NCBI GenBank assembly: GCA_016926735.1
Contig: JAFGOA010000223.1
Span: 1 to 64,000 of the forward strand
DNA length: 64,000 nucleotides
Direction: 5' to 3'
Origin: Promethearchaeota archaeon
GTDB taxonomy: Archaea > Asgardarchaeota > Lokiarchaeia > Sigyniarchaeales > SOKP01
Below the pieces are notes generated by a model. That model was not told where the DNA came from and searched no databases. It saw nothing but the letters and a program-made list of their open reading frames with translations. The translations under genes were made by a program, and so were the position numbers. Below, in pieces: positions 42,039 through 50,375 of the stretch; the stretch's first letter is position 1; each line of letters opens with the position of its first letter.

Positions 42039-42883
42039 TTAAAGTCCTTTTGGACCGTTTTCATATATGCTATATGCTTCATCAATAGACTTATTCTCAT
42101 GAACTATAGCTCTTACTGCTTTAATCATGCCAATAGGGCTGTCACTTTGGAATATATTTCTTCCCATATTTGCGCCTATAATTATAAAAAATAGTTATAG
42201 TCTACGCCGACAGCTCCTTTATCAATAGCATTCCTTGCCATAATTAAAGCATCACGCTCCTCAATCTTCTTTCCACCAGCTATTACAACCGGTACTGGAG
42301 CGATAGAAGTGACTTCGTCGAAGTTCTCACAATAATATGTTTTTACAAAAGTGGCACCTATTTCTGCTGCCATTCTACTTGCCATACCCAAATATCTTGC
42401 ATCTCTAACCATTTCCCGTCCAACTGCTGTTACTGCTAAGACTGGAATACCATAATCTTGTCCCCAATTTACAATCTTAGTTAAATTCATTAAAGATTGT
42501 TTTTCAAATTCACCACCTACAAAGATGGAACAGGTAATTGCTGAAACATTTAATCTTATCGCATCTTCAATTGTAACATTTATTTCTTCATTTGAAAGTT
42601 CTTTTAACATACTTGCTCCGGCAGATACTCTTAGAACGATAGGTACATCAAAATCCGGTGAAACACAATTTCGAAGCATACCTCGTGTTAACATTAAAGC
42701 ATCAGCATATTCAAAAAGGGGTTCTAACTTCTTAAAAGATTTTAACATTCCTGGGATATTGCCAAAATATTCATGAGTATGTATTAATTATACATATTTT
42801 CCATGATCGACAGCAAGCATGACGCAATGCCCAGATTTAGGTTTAATTATTCGGGATAATCTATTTTGCATTCCCCAATCCAT
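42039..42883 (-). CDS. lsrF: LsrF-like / DhnA-type class I aldolase, join(42883..42800,42769..42202,42169..42039), 260 aa after splicing
   Basis: [21 protein letters not shown] (spliced), [42 protein letters not shown] (spliced); exon lengths 84+568+131=783 nt. Confidence 0.9.
42170..42201 (-). other. 32-nt BHB mRNA intron 2 of the aldolase
   Basis: Central GCGT/GCGC, bulges AGA and AAA, inner stem CTATAACTAT/ATAATTATAG; cleavage after the second bulge nt gives GTA GAT ATG GGA (VDMG). Confidence 0.88.
42770..42799 (-). other. 30-nt BHB mRNA intron 1 of the aldolase
   Basis: Central CATG/CATG, bulges GAA and AAT, inner stem TATGTAT/ATACATA, outer TTGCTG..GAT/ATT.TGGCAA; in-frame TAA inside; splicing gives CAT GGA TAT TTT (HGYF). 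Confidence 0.9.
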
Positions 42884-43008
42884 AGTTTTATCACTTATTT
42901 CTTATAATAATTTTATTTTGATATCGTAATAAGTAATGAAATTATTATAAATTTTAAGTTTAATAGCTAAAATAAGATATTTTAAAAATTTGTATTAAAT
43001 ATTGTTTT

Positions 43009-43272
43009 TTATTTCAATTCTGTTGTTTTGGTTGCCAAAATAAGATCTATTTTTTCATATCCTCTAATTATACCCTTTTGATCGATAAATACAACGAATT
43101 GATGATCAGAACAGACAATCCCTGCAGGAACATGTATTTTAACACAGCCAGATTCTTTTTTTGAAAAAATTTCTGTTGGAATTTTAACTATTTTATCAAT
43201 TCCGCAAGTTGGACAAGATATATTGAACTCTCTCATGATTGATTCTAATTTCTTATAATTAATATTTAACAT
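43009..43272 (-). CDS. Small Zn-ribbon-like protein
   Basis: CPTC ... CSDH motifs, FIDQKGIIRGYE. Confidence 0.7.
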   Translation of the reverse strand: MLNINYKKLESIMREFNISCPTCGIDKIVKIPTEIFSKKESGCVKIHVPAGIVCSDHQFVVFIDQKGIIRGYEKIDLILATKTTELK

Positions 43273-43362
43273 TTTTTCTTACTTAGATATATTAAATACT
43301 GAGAAGTCAAATAAAAATGTTCACTTTTCCTATGAAATAAAGGAAAAAAAATTAAAAAAAAA

Positions 43363-45996
43363 TTATTCTCTTTTTAGAATTTGTGAATTTTGAGTTGTGT
43401 ATACAAACAATATAATTAGTATCATTGGTATAATCCCAATAAAAATGATACTATATATTCCTTCTAAAAGGGTACTATCAAAAACTATTGGTATAAATAG
43501 AGTACCGAAAACATTGAAACAATAGTGAATAATAATACAAGGGATCAAGCTTCTTGTCTTAAAATAGGTATAAGATAGGGTAATACCCATAAATGAAGCA
43601 TATATTATTTGTTCAACTGTTGATAAAGGAGATTCACCAATAAGTGTTAGAAAATTGATTAGATGAGATAATCCAAATAGGAGTCCACACATTATAATGG
43701 TATTAATAGTATTATATTTTTCTTTAAATATTGATGTATTTATCCCTCGGAATGCTATCTCTTCCCAAATAGCTGGAATTAACATATATAGGAAAATAAA
43801 AGCTCCAAGTCCAAAATAGACCGTATCTAAAATATGGAAAATCCTATCAAAACTAAATGTATAGTTACCAAATATTAAACTTCCCATATATAATGAGAAT
43901 ACAATGATTAAAAAGGATATGATTCCAATTAAAATATTTTTTATATAGTTTTGTTTGTTAGTAATTTTGATATCCTTTAAATATTGGTTTAATTTTTTCG
44001 ATCCATATGGAAGTGACAACCATTTAGGAACTATTATAATAAAAATTAATGCTAAAACGCTAAATTCTGTAATTGGACCAACTATTCTCCTTATATTATT
44101 AAAACCTATTGGATCTATTATTGGATTTATGAATAATGATATTGTTAAATAGATTAAATTCAATACAATAAAGGGTAAACACCAATATAAAAGCAAAACA
44201 GCAATAGCTCCAAAAATAGGATTTTTTCTCAATGATCCTCCTGTTATATATGATTTATATCCTTTAAAAGAAGGAAACATCTTATCGAATGCAACAAATA
44301 ACACACATAAAATTATTCCACCAATAAGTAACATAGCAGATGCTAAGAACCAAACTTCCATATATATTGAAGCTAAAACCATTATTATCGTAAAATTCAA
44401 GAATACAAGTCCTAAATTCATAAGACCAATTAGAAGCCATTTTCTTATCTTCTTTTCTTTATAGATTTCTTCTGTAATATATTTATATTTCATTTTGCCA
44501 AAAAGCATTATTTTCATCATAAATGCGATAAAAAGAAATCCTAAGGATATAGGCAATGCACATAATCCTACTATCACAACCCAAAAGCTTTGTATGATTA
44601 TTGAAGCGAATATAGTAGACACAATAAATGAAATTGATTGTATTATGATCATTAGTATTAATTTTGCTTTTGCTTGATCTCTTGGAAGAATTGGTAAGGA
44701 AGAGGTAATTGCAAATCCTGATTCTTCCATATTCATCAATCCCATCACAAGCATAAGTGGATTCATAGTACTTATTATAAGTAAACTAACCATTAAAAAT
44801 GATAATAGTTGTATATTAAGATCTGATACTTCTGTTAATCCTGAAGAGAATGAAATGATCATAATAATGGTCATGATCATTGGCATGATTAATAACATAG
44901 CTGATTGAGGATCTCTTGCAGCTGTTGTCAAATCTTTTTTAATATATGCTTTTATTGGACCATATTTTGCTACCTCAATCTTTATTTCTTCAATATTTAG
45001 ATCTTCGATTTTTCTTTTATATTTCTTTTCTTTTCGCCCTCCAATAACAGCTGATAATGATTTTAATGCTTTTCTACTCATAAGATATGTTATTCCTAAA
45101 AATAATAGAAATCCAATAGTAGAAGTCGCCCATAATGATAATGATGTATTTGTTGGAGATATAAATAATGATATGAAATAAATTGGCGCGAAAGGATATG
45201 GAATTAAACTCAATATAAGGTTCCAAATATTTGTATATGGAGATAACGAAAAATAAGCAAGAGTACCTTCTAATGTAAAAAATACTAATTGTAATGTAAT
45301 ATTCATTCCAATAGAAAGACCAATAATCACACTAAATACTAAAATTTTCATTCTTGTAGATTTTTTTGAAGTGGTTTCAGGATTGAATATTACTCTGCTT
45401 ACTCTTTCTCCAATGAAAATTAAGAAACATAAACAAAAAATGGCATTTGGAATTGAAATTAAGAAACTTAAAAATGTTAATACTAAATTATGGGTAAATA
45501 TAAACATCATTATTGGTATAGCTAAGCATAATGAAATTAATTGGAGATCTATACTCCTAAATAAAGTCATGAAAGCATATTTTCTCAATTTTGGTTTTGA
45601 TATTGGCAATGTTCTTAACCAATAGAAAGATTCACCCGACATATATGCTCCCATTGTATATAATCCAAATAAAACTAGATATGATAAATAGGATGTCATT
45701 AGTATAGAAAAAATTATTCCATAAGTGATTACTGTTATTTCCATATTACTATTGGGAACCAATAAATCTAAAACATTAGGACCACTTACAAGATATATTA
45801 ATGGTAATAAAACTATCATAAAAGAACTAATTATTTTAAGGAGCACTACCATATTACCTATATATTTCTTATTTTTCTCACATTTTTCCAAAAAACTGGC
45901 TTGTCTTGAACCTGCTTGTTTCATTTGGGCTTCATAAAAAACCTCGTGAGAAATAAATTTCGCCATAGAATAATATTCTATAAATTTGTTTTTCAT
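43363..45996 (-). CDS. ABC exporter permease-like protein fused to a C-terminal CPBP protease domain
   Basis: Polytopic; LRTLPIS and KKDL...RDP permease motifs; C-terminal WEEIAFRG, FGLSH, HYCFN. Confidence 0.78.
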   Translation of the reverse strand: MKNKFIEYYSMAKFISHEVFYEAQMKQAGSRQASFLEKCEKNKKYIGNMVVLLKIISSFMIVLLPLIYLVSGPNVLDLLVPNSNMEITVITYGIIFSILMTSYLSYLVLFGLYTMGAYMSGESFYWLRTLPISKPKLRKYAFMTLFRSIDLQLISLCLAIPIMMFIFTHNLVLTFLSFLISIPNAIFCLCFLIFIGERVSRVIFNPETTSKKSTRMKILVFSVIIGLSIGMNITLQLVFFTLEGTLAYFSLSPYTNIWNLILSLIPYPFAPIYFISLFISPTNTSLSLWATSTIGFLLFLGITYLMSRKALKSLSAVIGGRKEKKYKRKIEDLNIEEIKIEVAKYGPIKAYIKKDLTTAARDPQSAMLLIMPMIMTIIMIISFSSGLTEVSDLNIQLLSFLMVSLLIISTMNPLMLVMGLMNMEESGFAITSSLPILPRDQAKAKLILMIIIQSISFIVSTIFASIIIQSFWVVIVGLCALPISLGFLFIAFMMKIMLFGKMKYKYITEEIYKEKKIRKWLLIGLMNLGLVFLNFTIIMVLASIYMEVWFLASAMLLIGGIILCVLFVAFDKMFPSFKGYKSYITGGSLRKNPIFGAIAVLLLYWCLPFIVLNLIYLTISLFINPIIDPIGFNNIRRIVGPITEFSVLALIFIIIVPKWLSLPYGSKKLNQYLKDIKITNKQNYIKNILIGIISFLIIVFSLYMGSLIFGNYTFSFDRIFHILDTVYFGLGAFIFLYMLIPAIWEEIAFRGINTSIFKEKYNTINTIIMCGLLFGLSHLINFLTLIGESPLSTVEQIIYASFMGITLSYTYFKTRSLIPCIIIHYCFNVFGTLFIPIVFDSTLLEGIYSIIFIGIIPMILIILFVYTTQNSQILKRE

Positions 45997-46011
45997 ATAG
46001 GTTTGCCTCTG

Positions 46012-46824
46012 TTATTTATTATTAAAAGATTCTCGTAATTTTTTTATAATTTCCATTACAGAGATATCTTGATCAGTTAATCTTAAAAACACATCTTCTA
46101 AACTTGCTCCTAATTTATTTGATTGTTTGCGTAATTCATCTATAGTGCCTATTCCTACCATTTTACCTTTACTAATGATTCCAATCCTATCACATAGTTC
46201 TTCAGCTATTTTCATAATATGGGTCGAAAATAAAACAGCTCCTCCATTCTCTATATGCATATCTAATATTTCCTTAAAGACTTTAACTGATTTTGCATCC
46301 AATCCTGCTAAAGGTTCATCTAAAATCAATATTTTTGGATTATGTATTATTGAAGCGATAATTTGCATTTTTTGCTTATTTCCATGAGATAATGTATCTA
46401 AAATTTGTTCATAATATTGAATTGCTTCAAAACTTTCTAAATATTCTCGTAACATCTTTTGTGTCTTGGAAGGATTTAATTTTCTTATTGAGGATATAAA
46501 ATTAAATAAATCCTTTGTAGTTAAAGATCTAAATATCAATGGTTCTTCAGCAACATATCCAATGTGCTCTTTTATTTTAACATCTTCTCTTTGAGGGTTC
46601 ATTCCAAAAATATTTATACTTCCTTCATTTGGTTCTAGAAGGCCTAGTAGTAATTTAATAGTTGTAGTTTTTCCTGCTCCATTTGGTCCTAATAAACCAA
46701 ATATTTCTCCTTTTTTAACATTAAATGAAATACCATCAACGGCTTTAGTTTGAACATGTTGATTATTTATATTTTGTTCAAAATATTTTTTCAAATCTTG
46801 AACTTGAATTAATGTTTCTGTCAT
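46012..46824 (-). CDS. ABC transporter ATP-binding protein (ABC-2 type)
   Basis: GPNGAGKTT, LSHGNKQK, ILDEP, STH. Confidence 0.93.
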   Translation of the reverse strand: MTETLIQVQDLKKYFEQNINNQHVQTKAVDGISFNVKKGEIFGLLGPNGAGKTTTIKLLLGLLEPNEGSINIFGMNPQREDVKIKEHIGYVAEEPLIFRSLTTKDLFNFISSIRKLNPSKTQKMLREYLESFEAIQYYEQILDTLSHGNKQKMQIIASIIHNPKILILDEPLAGLDAKSVKVFKEILDMHIENGGAVLFSTHIMKIAEELCDRIGIISKGKMVGIGTIDELRKQSNKLGASLEDVFLRLTDQDISVMEIIKKLRESFNNK

Positions 46825-47003
46825 TTTTTCTCAATTTAAATTAATATTAGTTAATATATGTCAATATATTACACTATATAAATATTATTATTCGTACGTA
46901 TATTACTCTTAGATGTCTTATATTATATATTTAATAATAAAATAATTGTAATAAGAAAGAAATATATTTATATATTTTCTATTAGGGGGAATTAGAATAA
47001 AAA

Positions 47004-47945
47004 TCATTTTTCTCTAATAATCATAATTATAGAGAGTACTATAATAATCGTACCAATTAAGTGATATATTGTAAATAATTCTCCTAAAATAATCATTGAA
47101 AAAATAGCTGTTACAATTGGGGTAGGTGCCATTATGATTGTTGCTTTAGAGACCTCTAGATAATTAAGTGATGAATACCAGCATAAAAGATCAATTCCAT
47201 AAGCTAATGCCATAGCAATGAAAATTAATTGATTATAGGGATTTAAAAACAATTTAAAATTTTCTATTGGAAAAAAGATTATATAAAGAATAATTATAAA
47301 AATTCCATTCATAAAATTTCGGAATAGAACCAATTGACTGGGTAAAATTTGAGAATTGTTTAATATTGGTTTAGTTATAGAATGAGCTAGCATCCATAAC
47401 ATTGATGTAATTATTATTAGAATTACTCCTAAATTAAAATTAAGAAGATTGAATTGACCTTGAGTTGTTGAAATAATCAGCCCTGTCATTAATATAAACG
47501 AGAAAAATATTTGTTTCCGAGTCACTTTTTCTTGATTAATTAAATATCCAAATAGCAATCCAAAAAGAATAGTAGTTTTTTGAGTGAGAGCTCCATTCAC
47601 AGCTCCTGCTATATCAAGCCCAGTAAAATATAGAATTTGTGAGATAGAAAAGCTTATTCCGATATATAGTAGAAAATTAGCATTTTTCTTTTTTTTCCAA
47701 CTATATAGAAGTGAATTATTCAAATGAAATTGATTTGGTTCTTTTAAAAGTTGATTTTTTAGTTTTCTTCTATGAATTAACGTTATAGGAATAAAAAGTA
47801 TTGCTTGATAGAGACACGTTATCCCTGTAAAAAAATAAGGATCTAAAGCCTCATCACGACCTAAAGCAATAATGGGTTGTAGTCCAACTAAAATCATAGC
47901 TATGAAGGCATATGATAAACCAATACTTAATTTTTTATTTTTCAC
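47004..47945 (-). CDS. DMT/EamA family transporter
   Basis: About ten TM segments in two repeats, PIVTAIFSMIILGE motif. Confidence 0.85.
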   Translation of the reverse strand: MKNKKLSIGLSYAFIAMILVGLQPIIALGRDEALDPYFFTGITCLYQAILFIPITLIHRRKLKNQLLKEPNQFHLNNSLLYSWKKKKNANFLLYIGISFSISQILYFTGLDIAGAVNGALTQKTTILFGLLFGYLINQEKVTRKQIFFSFILMTGLIISTTQGQFNLLNFNLGVILIIITSMLWMLAHSITKPILNNSQILPSQLVLFRNFMNGIFIIILYIIFFPIENFKLFLNPYNQLIFIAMALAYGIDLLCWYSSLNYLEVSKATIIMAPTPIVTAIFSMIILGELFTIYHLIGTIIIVLSIIMIIREK

Positions 47946-48151
47946 GCTACAATTTGAAATCTGGCAAGGTTAATGAATTTTTAGAAATTATTCACATCGA
48001 TAAAAGTAATAGTCTGTAATTATTTTTCTCTTGACGTCGATTTGTAAAAATTATCTTCGGTGATTTATTTGTTACAGTTATCTGAAATTTATAAAAGAAT
48101 ATAAATATAGGATTTTTATATATAACCAAATTTTGACATAAGTGAAAAGTT

Positions 48152-50338
48152 TTGATATTAGGAGAATTAAGATACAATCATCAAAATATGAAAAGAGGGT
48201 ATACAAACAGAACTCTTTATATTAATCTTACCAAAAAGGAAATTAAAATAAAATCTGTCTCTGATGAAATGAAAGAGAAATTTATTGGAGGAAGGGGTTT
48301 TGATATTTGGTTAATGTGGAATAGTTTACCAAAAGATCGAATAGTCAAGTGGAATGATCCTGAAAATGAAATATGTTTGGCAACTGGGCCTCTTGGTGCA
48401 TCTACGTATTATCCTGGAGGGGGAAAATCAATAGTTACTTCAATATCTCCTTTAACAGGTATAATTATCGATAGTAATGTAGGAGGTTATTTTGGGTCAT
48501 ATTCGAAATATTCTGGTTTCGATGCAATTGAGATTCAAGGTAAAGCAGAAAAAGAAGTTCTCATCTTTATAAATGGACAGGATCATATTATTCAATTAAT
48601 AGAAGCAAATGATTTTGAAGAATTATCCGATAATTCCCATTTGCTTACCCAACAATTAACAGAAAAATTTGCAAAAGAACCCTCAGAAAAAGAAAAACAA
48701 TTAGTTTCAGTTGTATCTACAGGACCAGGCGCTAAATATACAAGATGGGGATTGTTAAATTTCTCTTGGTATAATAGGAAAAGAAAATGGGCTTCATGTA
48801 AACAAGCAGGTCGAGGAGGGATTGGAACTGTTTTTGCAGATAAAAAAATTAAAGCGCTTATATGTAGGGCTCCTATTTATGATGTAAAAAGAAATAACCC
48901 AGCGAATCCAGAGAAATTAGCAGAGTTAGGTAAGAAACATAATAAAAATATCATAAAATTTGATCCTACAATGAATCAAATGAGATTTGTTGGAACTGGC
49001 TATCTACCTGATATTATGAATATAACCGACCTACTTCCAACTGAGAATTATCGTTTTGGACAACATAGAGAAATTAAGGATAAAAATATTCCATACAAAA
49101 GACAAGTATGGTTTGAATTATTTGGAGAGCATACCGGAAAAGGAGCGGATGGGTGTTGGCTTGGATGTTCTGTGAGCTGTTCACATTGGATTAGTGATTA
49201 TGAAGTTATGACAGGACCTTTTAAGGGTCAGAAAGTTATAGTTGATGGTCCTGAATATGAAACAATTGCAGGATGTGGTTCCAATTGGGGTGTGTGGGAT
49301 CCAAAATGGGTAGTAGAAGTAAATTTTTATTGTGATACCTATGGTCTAGATACAATTGGAGTTGGTACTGGTATAGCATTTGTAATGGAATGTTATGAAG
49401 AAGGGATAGTTAATAAAGATATTACTGGGGGTCTTGAATTAAATTTTGGGAATATTGAGGCTGCTATAGAATTAATACATCAAATGGCTCGAGGAGAAGG
49501 ATTTGGTGTTGTTGTTGGTCAAGGAATAAAGAAAATGAAAAAGAAATTTGCAGAAGAATACGGAGGAGATCCTCAATTTTTACAAGATATTGGAATGGAA
49601 CATAAAGGATTAGAATTTTCAGAATATATAACAAAAGAAAGTCTTACTCAGCAAGGAGGTTATGGTTTAACAAATAAAGGACCTCAACATGATGAAGCGT
49701 GGTTAATTTTTGAAGATATTGTACGACACTCAATACCTACTTTTGAAGATAAGGCAAAAGCACTCTATTGGTTTCCCCTTTGGAGAACATGGTTTGGGTT
49801 ATGTGGACTATGTAAATTACCTTGGAATGATGTTCCTCCTCCATCTAATTTTGAATTACCTATTAAAATGGCCGGTGAATTACTCCAAGCTAAAATCCCA
49901 CAACATGTTCAATGGTATGCTGATTATTTTTCAGCAGTAACAGGAATTCATACAGAACCAGATGATTTGATACAAATGTCTGAGAGAGTATATAATCTTC
50001 AGAGAATTTTTAATATAAGACAAGGTAAAGGACTAAAGGAGCATGATTCAAATTTACCATATCGAGCAATGGGACCGGTAACAAAAATGGAATATGAAAG
50101 TCGACAAGAAAGATATGATAATCAATTAAAAGAACTTGAAATAGATGTGAAAGACCTATCAACTGAGGAGAAAATGAAGATTCTAAGAAAAAATAGAGAA
50201 ATTCAATATTTTAAACTTCAAGAAGCAGTATACGAGAAAAGAGGATGGAATGCTTTTGGTTGCCCAACTATCGATCTTTTAAAAAGATTGGAAATAAATT
50301 ATGAAGATCTTATCCATGTAATTAAACCATATCAGTAA
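48152..50338 (+). CDS. aor: Tungsten-dependent aldehyde:ferredoxin oxidoreductase family (likely ATG 48188)
   Basis: FIGGRG, SPLTG, DSNVGG, AGRGGIG, C..GC...C, GPEYET, CDTYGLDTI, RGW. Confidence 0.93.
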   Translation: MILGELRYNHQNMKRGYTNRTLYINLTKKEIKIKSVSDEMKEKFIGGRGFDIWLMWNSLPKDRIVKWNDPENEICLATGPLGASTYYPGGGKSIVTSISPLTGIIIDSNVGGYFGSYSKYSGFDAIEIQGKAEKEVLIFINGQDHIIQLIEANDFEELSDNSHLLTQQLTEKFAKEPSEKEKQLVSVVSTGPGAKYTRWGLLNFSWYNRKRKWASCKQAGRGGIGTVFADKKIKALICRAPIYDVKRNNPANPEKLAELGKKHNKNIIKFDPTMNQMRFVGTGYLPDIMNITDLLPTENYRFGQHREIKDKNIPYKRQVWFELFGEHTGKGADGCWLGCSVSCSHWISDYEVMTGPFKGQKVIVDGPEYETIAGCGSNWGVWDPKWVVEVNFYCDTYGLDTIGVGTGIAFVMECYEEGIVNKDITGGLELNFGNIEAAIELIHQMARGEGFGVVVGQGIKKMKKKFAEEYGGDPQFLQDIGMEHKGLEFSEYITKESLTQQGGYGLTNKGPQHDEAWLIFEDIVRHSIPTFEDKAKALYWFPLWRTWFGLCGLCKLPWNDVPPPSNFELPIKMAGELLQAKIPQHVQWYADYFSAVTGIHTEPDDLIQMSERVYNLQRIFNIRQGKGLKEHDSNLPYRAMGPVTKMEYESRQERYDNQLKELEIDVKDLSTEEKMKILRKNREIQYFKLQEAVYEKRGWNAFGCPTIDLLKRLEINYEDLIHVIKPYQ

Positions 50339-50375
50339 AAATTGGGTTATAAAAATTTTAAATTTTCTTTTTCTT

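Noticed and set aside
40690-42201. Alternative splicing of one large endonuclease-containing intron onto the distal exon copy
   Set aside because: The bases before the distal copy (TTGA at the central-helix position) cannot pair with GCGT, so no BHB forms, and the distal copy has lost the conserved Gly.
42788-42790. Stop-codon readthrough or recoding at the in-frame TAA in the aldolase
   Set aside because: Readthrough would leave 10 extra residues inside the DHGY motif; TAA is the normal stop throughout the window.
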